DNA of 64,000 nucleotides from Octopus sinensis (Eukaryota). The position numbers and the translations under genes are program-made. A model generated the notes under the pieces. The model saw only the letters and a program-made list of their open reading frames with translations, had not been told where the DNA came from and did no database searches. Each line of letters starts with the position of its first letter. The stretch's first letter is position 1. Shown here in pieces: positions 12,745 to 25,765 of the stretch. The stretch spans positions 13,020,001 through 13,084,000 of the forward strand of contig NC_043006.1 of NCBI RefSeq assembly GCF_006345805.1, read 5' to 3'.

Positions 12745-13035
12745 TTCTCGCCCTTTTCAAGCCTAGCCAGGTTCATGGGCCCGGTTTCCCGGTTTTGTGG
12801 CGTATGTGTTCCCCCCGGCTGGACGGGACACCAGGCCATCGCAGCGTTACTCAAGAAACAGGAAGAGAGAGTGAGAGAAAGTTGTGGCGAACGAGTACAA
12901 CAGGGGTCACCACCACCCCCTACCGGAGCCTCGTGGAGCTTTTAGGTGTTTTCGCTCAATAAACACACATAACGTCTGGTCTGGGAATCGAAACTGCGAT
13001 CCTCCAACCGCAAGTCCGCTGTCCTAACCACTGGG
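12745..13035 (-). mobile_element. SINE-C head with V-domain-like 3' module
   Basis: Same head/body; 3' part GCGATGGCCTGGTGTCCCGTCCAGCCGGGGGG resembles the V-SINE domain. Confidence 0.7.
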
Positions 13036-14134
13036 CCATTGCGCCTCCATTTAACATACATTTACAGAAGCAATACTCGGATTCATCGACAATGTCTCAC
13101 TCTGGAGTTACTGAGTATCTCGTATCTGAAAACATGCACCCTCGTTCCGATGGCCCAACCTATGATGATAAAGTCTAGGTCTGTGCCCGAGAGTCATTCT
13201 GCTAACGCCTTCGATCACCTCTTTTCAGCCAACGCATCTATATATAATATATTCATAATTTACTACCGTTTTAAATCCCAGGAAGAGCCTGCTCCAGCTA
13301 GTTATCGATGCAGTCACCACCCGATATATATAGCTAGTGAACCCCTAACATCTTCTAGTGGACGAGAAGGACTACTACACTGTACGGTTTCGGTATATTT
13401 GTGCTCATCCTTATTAGTGGACACCCGTCCGCTAGAGGTAGCAGTAATCCGCTCCAGCTAACAATTCCTACAAACAAATTAGCTAGTTAAATAAATTTAT
13501 TCCCTACTTTTAATATAGATCGGGTGCAAATTATACCCTGGTTTTAAAAACGTTAGTAGCGTCGATTCTTACGGAACAGCTTAATTGTAGTGACAGTAAA
13601 CGTTACCTCTCAGTATACTTACCACTTTTATTTCTTATATTCATAACGTTATGCCAAAATCAAGAATTAATTTATTATGACTACCAGACAATAAAGTATC
13701 GCAAGTATTATTTCATGAAACCCAGGTAAATATTTTTTGTTAGATATCCAAAGTAATCAGATATATTCTAGATTATTTTAACACAAAGATAAAACTCGAA
13801 GTAGATTAATAGTACTTGAGATTATATAGTAGTAGCTAAGTGTAGATATCAGAATCCGATATGGTAGATAATAGCAGCAGCATACGTAATAAGCATGAAG
13901 ACAAACCAATGATGTATCATGTACCTGATCAACCAATCTACTAGACATAGCAGCCAAATCGCTCTCAGCCTCACCGTAATGCTTTATAAAGGAAAGACAT
14001 ATCGGAAAATAGTGTCTGAGATAAAATACGTCTGTAACAAAATGTAATGGTCGGAGTTAGGATGCCTTTGATCATAGACGGGCTAAATGAGAGAAGTTGG
14101 GGTCTAAATGAGAAGAACAAAAACAAACCCCAAT

Positions 14135-14565
14135 AGGCGCAGGAGTGGCTGTGTGGTAAGTAGCTTGCTAACCAACCACATGGTTTCGGGTTCAGTCCCA
14201 CTGCGTGGCATCTTGGGCAAGTGTCTTCTGCTATAGCCTCGGGCCGACCAATGCCTTGTGAGTGGATTTGGTAGACGGAAACTGAAAGAAGCCTGTCGTA
14301 TATATGTATATATGTATATGTATGTGTGTGTGTGTGTATGTGTTTGTGTGTCTGTGTTTGTCCCCCTAGCATTGCTTGACAACCGATGCTGGTGTGTTTA
14401 CGTCCTCGTCACTTAGCGGTTCGGCAAAAAGAGACCGATAGAATAAGTACTGGGCTTACAAAGAATAAGTCTCGGGGTCGATTTGTTTGACTAAAAGCGG
14501 TGCTCCAGCATGGCCGCAGTCAAATGACTGAAACAAGTAAAAGAGTAAAAAAGAGAAAGAGTAAA
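14135..14565 (+). mobile_element. SINE-B (CORE-like, internal (TA)n(TG)n)
   Basis: GGCGCAGGAGTGGCTGTGTGGTAAGTAGCTTGC head; GCATCTTGGGCAAGTGTCTT CORE-like motif; near-identical copies at 25563, 40468, 59301. Confidence 0.9.
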
Positions 14566-14784
14566 GAGTTCAATGATTACGTAGTTGTTTCTAATTAAAG
14601 CACAGGGAAGGAATGATGATAGGAGGCTGTTAGTCTGTTACATTAGATCCAGAAAGGGGAAAGTAATATATTTTATTGATTCTGAAGAAATGAAAAACAA
14701 ATTTCACCCGGGATATATATTTGAACTAAAAAAAAAAAAATCAAGTAGAAAAAGAGCGTACCTACGGAAATAATAAAACTAACG

Positions 14785-14960
14785 GTTCAAAAGTTTGGTA
14801 CAAGGCCAGCAGTTCCAGGAGATCAGGTACTTATTTTATCGACGCCGAAAGAATCAAAGCCAAAGTCGACCTCGGCGGAATTTGAACTCAGAACGTAAAG
14901 TCGGACAAAATGCCGCCAAAATTTTTCTCGGCGTGCTAACGACTCTGCCGGCTTTCCGCT
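14785..14960 (-). mobile_element. SINE-A diverged copy
   Basis: GTCGACCTCGGCGGAATTTGAACTCAGAACG recognisable. Confidence 0.7.
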
Positions 14961-14984
14961 TTAATGCTGTTAATGACAGACTAT

Positions 14985-15275
14985 CTCTCCCGTCAAACAC
15001 GACGTATGAGCGCTCAGCTGTTGCTCAAAGACCTGCACAAATGATTTGCTTAAAGTGATCAAATGTTCGTGCCGTGCGTTAGCACACTTCTTTTAGCAAA
15101 TCCACGTTGTCCGAACAGGTGTACGGTGTAGCACGCACCAGGTGTAGAAATGATCGCAGGGTAACGGGAGATGAAGTGTTTTGCTCAAGAACACAGCTCA
15201 CCATCCGGTTTCGGAATTAAAACCGTGATATCGCGATCGCGTGTGCAACTCCCTAACCACTAGGCCGTGCGTCCT
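14985..15275 (-). mobile_element. Older CORE-like SINE (family D)
   Basis: Minus strand GGACGCACGGCCTAGTGGTTAGGGAGTTGC head and GTGTTCTTGAGCAAAACACTTCAT. Confidence 0.55.
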
Positions 15276-15289
15276 CACTAATAATAATG

Positions 15290-15391
<102 letters not shown>

Positions 15392-15670
15392 TTCTTTATT
15401 TGTTGGCCATAAGGGCCGCCTACAAAAACAAAGGATAGTGGGGATTTACATATAGTGTGCGTAATGAGGGAAAAATAACAAATAATAAAATTTCGAACGA
15501 TAAAATCCCCTCAAAATGAAAGCTTAACTCAATGGCAACCAAGGAACCCCACTCATCCTAGACACCCCGAACGCCAAAGGCATCACATGCGGACACCTCT
15601 CTCCTCTCTATTTCCTATGTATACAGGTGCATGCTCAGTGTAGGCCCATTAACACGAAATTACTGGCCTT
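15392..15670 (-). mobile_element. Probable Tx1-like LINE 3' UTR fragment
   Basis: Minus end GCGGCCCTTATGGCCAACAAATAAAGAAT + (ATT)n resembles the 3' end of the Tx1 copy at 18240-18264. Confidence 0.4.
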
Positions 15671-16408
15671 GTGCAAAAAAGAAATAATAATAATAATAAA
15701 ATAATAATAATAATAATAATAATAATATATAATGGCTTTCTGCTCAAAGTCCAAGATCTTATAAGCTTTCCCCCTCAGGTGGTGATATCTATATAACCAG
15801 TTATTTATTTGTGTAAATATATTCGGATATGGTAGATAGCACTTAATTTCATTTTCGCTGTTCTAAATATACACGGTCTTAATATGTGAAAACATGTAAT
15901 ATCCCGCCATTTTAATAACATAGATTCCTTTCAATGTCGCACAGAGTTTATCAGTTTCTCTGTGACATGCAGCATCTGCTAATTCCTGCGTATTCCTTGT
16001 TCCAGCGAGACAGTTTTATCAGACATAGGTTTACACACATCGATTCCTTCGAAGATTTTTCATATCTGGAATTACTACGTACGTGATTTTACCTGTGGTA
16101 ATCCGGTGTCCTTATTATACGTAGGAATAATTCACACACCTGTGGATTTAGAAGATGTTTATATAACAACCAGTTGATTGAAATCAGTTTGATTAGTGCC
16201 ATGAACAAAACTGTGAGACCATGAGGCTCTTTTGTTAGAGTCTCGTGATTTAAAAAGAATTTTACACGTACTCCTGTATTGAGACAATTTCCTATTTGTT
16301 CAACCGAACCTCACTATATGTACGTGTAGGCATGCATACGTGTGTATATCTCTAATTATTTATATGTCAGTCTAATTATCTATCTGTATGTCTGTCTGTA
16401 TATCTATC

Positions 16409-16895
16409 TACAAGAGTTGGCTGAAAAGCTCACAGGCTGACCAAGATACTCTCATGCATAAGAAAAACTGAGGTCATCAACTTCCATGCAGATGAAAAGA
16501 CCTGGGCCCATTCTAGAGCAGACGAGGAGAGAGGTTCCACTGCATGGATTGTGTCTTCTTCTCTGGCTCAAACTGGTGAACCCAACACTCATACTAGTTT
16601 AAGAAACTACCACTGAGGTAATTTGATCAGGTGTCATATGACATGGCACCCACTGAGCAAAAACCTTTGTCGTGCCAAGTTCATTGGGCAGAATATTCTC
16701 AACTCTTTCTCTCAAGATATACAAACAGCATTGGCAATTTGATTTATTGTCAATCGCCTGTCATTCATCACTGTGTAGTGAAAAAGATCAATGTCTTCTA
16801 CTGCAGTGGCAGTAGCAGGACGTCCAGAACTTGTATCATCCTCAAGACTCTTGTTTTCCATCTTAAATTCAGCTGCCAACTTTTCACGGTACGTC
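16409..16895 (-). mobile_element. Mariner transposase relic with TIR-like end
   Basis: Minus translation LEDDTSSGRPATATAVEDID..VMNDRRLTINQIANAVCIS-RERVENIL...AQWVP (mariner HTH to WVPH region); TIR-like GAGTTGGCTGAAAAG at about 16412. Confidence 0.8.
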
Positions 16896-17161
16896 ATACC
16901 CTAGTATATTAACAATACCAGCGGGAATGTCATTGGCGGCTGAACTTTTTTCTGCAGATATCCACAACACTGCGATACCAGATTTTGTCGATTTTCAAGG
17001 TAACCCGCTACATTTGAAGTCTTCCTTGAACAGTCGGGAGTCAGTTTACCTGGAAAGAAACGTTGCAGTTATTAATACGGAAGTGAAATCAATGTAGGCA
17101 AGAATTCAAACTCTAGCATCATTGCTTCATAGTCATCCTATGAACTTGTCAGCCTCCCGTT

Positions 17162-17162
<1 letters not shown>

Positions 17163-17246
<84 letters not shown>

Positions 17247-17284
17247 TTATCTATCTATCTATCGATCTATCTATCTATTTATCT
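17163..17284. repeat. (CTAT)n microsatellite upstream of Tx1 insertion
   Basis: Direct; the same motif resumes at 18266. Confidence 0.95.
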
Positions 17285-18264
17285 GAGGAATACCTGACCC
17301 GCCTGTTCGCGACGACTTTCGGGCCAGGGCCCATGGACAACTTCCAGAGAACCCTGGCCTGGCAGTGCTACCGTGAAGCGCTACCCGTTCGGGATAAGCT
17401 CTACAGACACGGCTCAAGAAACACGGGGCCGACCTGTCCGAGATGCAGTCAGAGCGACGAAACCGTTCTGTACGCACTCGTGCAGTGTCCAACAATTTCC
17501 GACCTGTGGGCTTATGTCGAACAACTGCTGTCACGTGTGGGACGAGTCGGTTTATAAGCTGAGTCTATCGTCAATATTGTCACGCCTCATTCCTTCAAAC
17601 GGGAAGGAAGAGCTATTTTCATCATCCTTGTGGCTATGGCGAAAGAATGTATCTGGTGGACGCGTCTGAAAGGATTGGAAACAAACACTTTCCTCTCTGG
17701 TCAACCTCTCATCAACTTCTTCAAGTACCACTTGAAAAGGAAAGTGAGAGTAGAGAGGCAAGTTTTGTCTAGCGAATGTTTTATAAAAAGATGGGTGAAT
17801 GTAGCAAGGATGGCACGTATGAATGACGAAGCCACCTTGAGCATAATCCTATGAACCCAGAAATTGAAAACAGAGGGTTACCCTCTTGCAAACAAATGTG
17901 GTAACATATAACAATATTGACCGAGGTTGCCGTGGTCTTTTTCGTAGGCTTTTCTTCCCACGGATAAACCTTATCTGCTTCCCCCTTTACACCGTACATC
18001 ATGACACGATCCCTATTGATCGCTTTTTTCCCTCTTCCCCTTTTTCCTCTTTTTTCTTCTTTTTTCCTTTTTTCTCTTGTTTCTTTTCCTTTTCTTCCCT
18101 TTTTTTTCTTTTTTCCCTTTTACGATCCCTTTTGATCGAAAACCTATGCCACCTTTTTTTGTTTCTTTTGTTTTTGTTTTTTGTTTTTTTCATCCCCCAA
18201 AAGAAAAGCTCTACCTTGTAATTTGTCCCATCTGTGTGCAGCCCTGTGTGGCCAATAAAGAAAC
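17285..18264 (+). mobile_element. 5'-truncated Tx1/L1-clade LINE: ORF2 C-terminus plus 3' UTR
   Basis: LAWQCYREALPVRDKLYRHG..TCPRCSQSDETVLYALVQCP (zf-RVT type), one in-frame stop at 17555-17557, continues AKECIWWTRL to stop 17854; T-rich UTR and AATAAA at the end. Confidence 0.85.
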
Positions 18265-18307
18265 TTTATCTATCTATCTGTCTATCTATCTCTCTCTCTC
18301 TCTCTCA

Positions 18308-18359
<52 letters not shown>

Positions 18360-18453
18360 GTCTGTCTGCCTGTCTATCTGACTGCCTATCTATCTGTCCG
18401 TTTGTCTGTCTGTCTATATGTGTATAGAGTACACATACATATATCTAAATCTA

Positions 18454-18499
<46 letters not shown>

Positions 18500-18951
18500 C
18501 TATAGCATGACACACACACACATACATTGAAGCAGGTAATTCTATATGAGATTATGCATCTTATAGGTATATGCATTTATGTACGAGTTTATATACATAA
18601 ACAGAGATATGATGTAATTCAGTATATGAATGTGTCTGTCTGTATATATGTGTATGTATGTATGTACGATTGTGTGTGTGTGTCTACGTGTGTGTATGAA
18701 TATGCTTTAGTGAATGGATTCATTTAGGCGATGAAAGTACATTAAATTGATGTGCTGCAATGTGAAGCGAGATTTCGCAATCAATAAAAAAAACCGTTTC
18801 TAAGGTAATATCAAGTGACTCAAATGTTGCTCATAGTTGATTCATACCTAATATAAATTAAGACAGTAATTTACTTTTTTCGGTATACTTAGTATGGGCA
18901 GGAGTAGTGAGATGGCATCAGAGCGATGTGCTGAGAGGAATACTATGATAT

Positions 18952-19183
18952 TCTATTTCTTTACTACCCACAAGGGGCTAAACACAGAGGGGGACGAACA
19001 AGGACAGACAAACAGATTAAGTCGATTATATCGACCCCAGTGCGTAACTGGTACTTATTTAATCGACCCCGAAAGGATGAAAGGCAAAGTCGACCTCGGC
19101 GGAATTTGAACTCAGGACGTAGCGACAGACGAAATGCGGCTGAGCATTTCGCCCGGCGTGCTAACGATTCTGCCAGCTCGCCT
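18952..19183 (-). mobile_element. SINE-A full monomer
   Basis: All family motifs. Confidence 0.9.
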
Positions 19184-19189
19184 CGAATA

Positions 19190-19468
19190 ATTCATCCCTG
19201 GGAAAAAATGGGGATTTCGTCAATCATCTTTCAACAAAACTTATTCAGAGACCTACTGGACCCGAAGAAAATTCTAACTGGGCCCCATTTATAAATTGAT
19301 GCGCTGTTTATCATATGCTGCAACAGTGTCGTGCAGATAAGGTTGTGAAGCATGTGTCTGTTGTGCTCCTATATGAAGGAGAGTCATGAAGGAGAGTCAT
19401 GAAGGCTTCGTATATATACGTCCCAGCATCCCTATGATGGCGTCTGACAGTGCTCTCTCACTCAATAA
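19190..19468 (+). mobile_element. Diverged 3' half of non-coding element E
   Basis: Shares GAAGAAAATTCTAACTGGGCCCCA and terminal TGCTCTCTCACTCAATAA with 24535-25091 (opposite strand). Confidence 0.65.
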
Positions 19469-19801
19469 ATATATGAAATGTAATGAATACAAAGTCAGTG
19501 AATTTCAGTTTAAGGGCTGAAAGGAAATGAAATAAGGAACAGAAAAGAATATAAGAATATATATATATATATATATATATGGAGAGAGGGAGAGAGGGAG
19601 AGGGCCAGAGGAATACATGTATTAACACACTTATGTATATATATGTATATATATATATATATGTATATATATTGTATGCATATATATATATATGTATATA
19701 TATATGTATATATATACATGTATATATATATATATATATATTATATATATTATATATATATATATTATATATATACTACTCAATTAAACCCTGTTTTGTA
19801 T

Positions 19802-19848
<47 letters not shown>

Positions 19849-20235
19849 ATGCGTAATGCATGTATATAATAAACAAGAGACATTAATTCTAAGCAATAAC
19901 CCTTATAGTACATATCAGTATATGAAAACCTAGCTTCGTATGCTCATTTATGTAAGTTTATGCATGTTTAGTATGTAGATATTTACGTATATATGCATAA
20001 TATACGTTTATCTTATATAACTACTTATATATGCATGTGCCTAAAGTAATATCGCAAATACTCATCCTCATGTGTATCAATATTTATAGATGTATATAAA
20101 CATACATACATATATATATACATACATATACATATATATACACACACACACACATTATTATATATATATACAAGCAAACACACACACGCACACACACACA
20201 CTCACACACACACACTCACACACACACACTCACAC

Positions 20236-20273
<38 letters not shown>

Positions 20274-20302
20274 CTGTGTGTGTGTGTTGTGTGTGTGTAT
20301 TT

Positions 20303-20335
<33 letters not shown>

Positions 20336-20657
20336 TTCAAAAACTTGACCTCTAGGCTGGCGCATACTCTTTGAAATCGATATCAAAGCACCTATGTTTT
20401 TGTCCAGGTTTCTGTATCTATATAATTCAAACAGGTATCAAACATTTGATTCTGACCTATGTTTCCTCCAGTAACAATTTTGCACTTGAACTTTCACATC
20501 TATGAAAATGTAGCTCAGAAAGATACATTGCTCTATTATAACCAGAATAACAAGATCTAATCCCCAAAACAAAGTCTGAACATTGTAATTCTAAAATGGG
20601 CCTTGTATACACATCCCACACACACACACACACACACACACAATACACACAACACAC

Positions 20658-20698
<41 letters not shown>

Positions 20699-20750
20699 TA
20701 TGAGCGTGTATATATATATATATGATATAATATTATATATATATATATAA

Positions 20751-20793
<43 letters not shown>

Positions 20794-20936
20794 ACACAGA
20801 CGGTATTAGTATAACGCTCAAGAATAGAAGTCTTTTACGTTTCGATCCTACGTTCTTCTATAGAAAGTGACACAGAAAAAACAAGGAGAGAAAAAATGTG
20901 TGCAGTGGCTATTGATCTATCATGATATTATATATA

Positions 20937-21000
<64 letters not shown>

Positions 21001-21008
<8 letters not shown>

Positions 21009-21318
21009 CAATATTAAATATGTACATATATATATGAGTACCTATATCACTAATGATAGAAGTCAAACAATACTTCTGTACCACCGAATAGTCACAAATC
21101 TATTACAGACAAGATAGGAAAATATATCAGTGATATATAATAACGTCTTACCTCAAATGGGTCAGAACAAGTAAATGCTGGTCAACCTGGTACCGGTTTC
21201 GAAATTTAGCGCTAAATAGGCGCGTGATTTCTCATCAGCCAAAGTCCTATCATTAGCGATATAGGTACTCATGTAGTACCCTTGTCTATATATGTACATA
21301 TCTAATATTGTATGTATA
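21001..21318 (-). mobile_element. Penelope-like fragment with inverted termini and canonical hammerhead core
   Basis: Inverted arms 21001-21059 / 21247-21318; hammerhead at 21186-21243. Confidence 0.6.
21186..21243 (-). ncRNA. Minimal type-I hammerhead ribozyme motif
   Basis: TTGG-CTGATGA-GAAAT...ATTTC-GAAA-CCG-GTA-CCAG: intact core, 5-bp stem II, palindromic ACCGGT stem III, GUA cleavage triplet. Confidence 0.7.
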
Positions 21319-21415
21319 TATTTTATTAAATTGCTTGTGCGGCTGATAATTCGTTTACCACTTGTGATAATATTTTAATAATACCATCCCTGTATTTATA
21401 TATATATATATATAT

Positions 21416-21796
21416 CGTCGTGGCACTCCGTTGGTTGCGACGACGGGGGTTCAAGCGGATCCGATCAACGGAACAGCTTGCTCGTAAAATTAACGTGCAA
21501 GTGGCTCCACAAATACATATAACCTTAGCGTAGTTCTCGAGGAGATTCAACATGACACGGTGTATGGCAAGGCTGGCCCAGTGAAATACAAGTACAACAC
21601 AATCAGAATGAAAGAGTGAAATGAAGTTGTGGTGAAACAGTATGTCAGAGTTTGCCACCACCACCCTGCCGGAGCATGGGGTGGTGGAGCTTTAGGTGTT
21701 TTCGCTAAATAGACACAACGTCCGGTCTGAAAATCGAAACCGCGACCCTACGACCGCGATTCCACTGCCCTAACCACAGGGTTATTGCGCCTCCAC
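21416..21796 (-). mobile_element. SINE-C diverged full-length copy
   Basis: Head GGAGGCGCAAT and tail CGTCGTCGCAACCAACGGAGTGCC. Confidence 0.8.
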
Positions 21797-21921
21797 ACAC
21801 ACACACCACATATATGTATATATATTACATACATATATATATATATATATATAGATATATATATATATAATATTTATATTTTATTATATACATGCATATA
21901 CATACATAACACAACACACAA

Positions 21922-21997
<76 letters not shown>

Positions 21998-22539
21998 TAT
22001 ATATAGCTACCTCATGAGATATTTTTCAAATACCAATGTGTTCTGAACGCTCAATGTAAAAGTGCTTTGAGGTAGACATTTTGTAATCCTAACAAATTTG
22101 ATTATTCTTAACTGATTAATTTTATTAATGTCGTATCTTCTGAACAAATCTCCAGAAGACTCTAAACTTTATTTTTAAAGTATTCGGTAAGAATTTACTG
22201 CGGATACTTTTAACATTAAGTATTATTAGGAACATTGTGCATCAGATTGATATATTTAATATCTAGTTCATACGTATACTTTACTAAATATTTTAGAGTC
22301 GTATATAATTGGAGAGAGAGGTGCAGAGATATACTTTCCATAATTCACTATTTGACGTGTAGTTGATGGAATAGTAAACTCTCTTTACATCAGTCTATGT
22401 TTTTCATCATCCTCGCCTTTTGCTGTCTTTCTCTCTCTTCTTCTCCCTCTCTCTCTCTCTCTCACTCCCTCTCCACATCTCTCCCTCGACCACAATTCCT
22501 CTCATTCACTCTCTTTCCCTGCTATCTCCCTGTCTCTGA

Positions 22540-23645
<1,106 letters not shown>

Positions 23646-23649
23646 TTAT

Positions 23650-23762
23650 TATCATTCAGTAGTTTTATTTTTATAACGTGCGTTCACTTCTATACCGAGC
23701 GCAGCTCTGTGTGCCTTGGGTATGTGCTGTGCTGTGGTTTGATGCTCTTATGGTTACTGTAT
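23650..23762 (-). mobile_element. Second copy of the same R4/Dong 3' UTR
   Basis: Closely similar to 23338-23452; flanked by (TAA)n. Confidence 0.75.
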
Positions 23763-23767
23763 TATTA

Positions 23768-23827
<60 letters not shown>

Positions 23828-23830
<3 letters not shown>

Positions 23831-24225
23831 TATGTTTGACTTTTGCTTTATGTCTGTACAAGTTGGCTCCAAGTCTCACCCAAAGACCTCAAGAGACAAC
23901 AGGTTAGAAGTTCTGTGCCATATATTGGGGTTTTTTGGGGTTTTTTTGTGTTGTACTAGTGAATGTCTAATATATAAAAATAAAAAAAAATTAAAAAAGT
24001 TAAAATAAATTAAAATAAAAAAAAAAGTTTGTTTTAAACCTTGGGATTACATAGAGAGTATTTTGCGTAGGATATGAGCAGTTCCCATGAGCACTATCTT
24101 TGAATTTCTGCCATTTTGGGATTTCCTGGTATCTGAGTTAGGTAGCAATCAGTCCCTTTCGCTATCTTCCCAGGGCACCTATGACAACAGGTATTGTTTT
24201 AGTCTTCAGCTTCCCCACATTATTA
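23828..24225 (-). mobile_element. R4/Dong 3' end (different family)
   Basis: Minus translation KLKTKTIPVVIGALG-IAKGTDCYLTQIPGNPKMAEIQ-IVLMGTAHILRKILSM* (frameshifted); (TAA)n on both sides. Confidence 0.85.
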
Positions 24226-24497
24226 TCTTATATTATTGTTATTATTATTATTATTATATATTATTATTATATATATTATTAAGGCTGTGAGCTGGGAAGT
24301 CTTGGGCACGGCACGTGGCAATATGCTTAACACATTCATCCATGCTTACGTTTTAACTTCAAATTTCGCCGAGTTAGAATTTACTTTTCGTCGTTAAGGA
24401 GTTGATAAAATAAGTACCACTTGAATACTGAGGTTCGATGTAATCGACTTGCCCCCTTCGGAATTTCTGGCCTCTTGCCAAAATTTGAAACCACTAC

Positions 24498-24534
<37 letters not shown>

Positions 24535-25091
24535 GAGTGAGAGAGCAGTGCATGCCATCAAAGTGTCACTGGGGTAAAATATACGAAGCCCAATATACCC
24601 ATCATGACTACCCGTCTGATAAAGGTACACCAGGCACATGCATGACAACCATATGTGCGCGACATAGTGATCTCATATCAAGATAAACAGCACATGACCT
24701 TGCAGGTGGGGCCCAGTTAGAATTTTCTTCAGGTTGAGTAGCCCATCCCGCTCAAAAGGTCCCTGAATAAGGATTGTTTAAGGATGTTGAAAGAACCACC
24801 CATGTTTCCAGAGGTGAATTATTCAAACCCCAAAGAATCCCTCTCAACACATGGCTATGATGCTCCCCCACTACTTCTGCTCGTGATCAGGAGATGCACA
24901 TCGTCAGCCACTAAGGGACATGCTCAACTGGTTAAGGTCAACAAAACTGACAAGCAAATCTGTGGTATTGAGCAGAATATTTGCTGTAGCCCATCTTTAT
25001 ACCAAGACAAAACAATGTACATGATAACACTTCCAATCAGTTAAGATCAAAAGCCATGAGAGCCACTGCCTGGTACTGCATCAGGGCATTT
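24535..25091 (-). mobile_element. Non-coding (AAT)n-tailed element E, full copy
   Basis: Embedded in (TTA)n on both sides; partial copies at 19190 and 43177; no credible ORF. Confidence 0.7.
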
Positions 25092-25300
25092 ATTATTATA
25101 TTATATTATTATTATTATTATTTATTGTTGTTGTTATTGTTTTATTATTAATAATATATTATTATCACTATTATTATTATTATTATTATTTTTTTTATAT
25201 TATTATTATTATTATTATTATTTTATATTATTATTATAGATTATATTATGATTATCTATTATTATTATTATTATCATTATTATTATTATTATTTTTATTA

Positions 25301-25350
<50 letters not shown>

Positions 25351-25562
25351 TTTGTGATGCAGTACAGTGATATTATTTAAAACACATTCAGTTCACTTCA
25401 TGCGACTTGCAGTTTCACGGGCTTCTGGAATAAACCCGTTTCTCTCAAGCTTAGAGGACCGAATTCGGTAATCTAAGCTTTAAAGTGACAGGTTTTTGTT
25501 AGAAACTCAGGAAACTTTAAGTCCCCTGAAGCTGAATCAAACTGTTTTGAATAATAATACAT

Positions 25563-25734
25563 AGGCGCAGGAGTGGCTGTGTGGTAAGTAGCTTGCTAAC
25601 CAACCACATGGTTGCGGGTTCAGTCCCACTGCGTGGCATCTTAGGCAAGTGTCTTCTGCTATAGCCCCGGGCCGACCAATGCCTTGTGAGTGGATTTGGT
25701 AGACGGAAACTGAAAGAAGCCTGTCGTATATATG

Positions 25735-25765
<31 letters not shown>

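Noticed and set aside
14104-14382. Recurrent ORF MSSNARGTNTDTQTH...LLRL (also 25517, 40638, 59298) and its alternative frame MLGGQTQTH...
   Set aside because: Antisense read-through of SINE-B including its microsatellite; the similarity reflects copy identity, not coding constraint
16088-16134. 47-nt minus-strand segment between AG and GT
   Set aside because: Weak acceptor, no recognisable peptide and no compatible neighbouring exon
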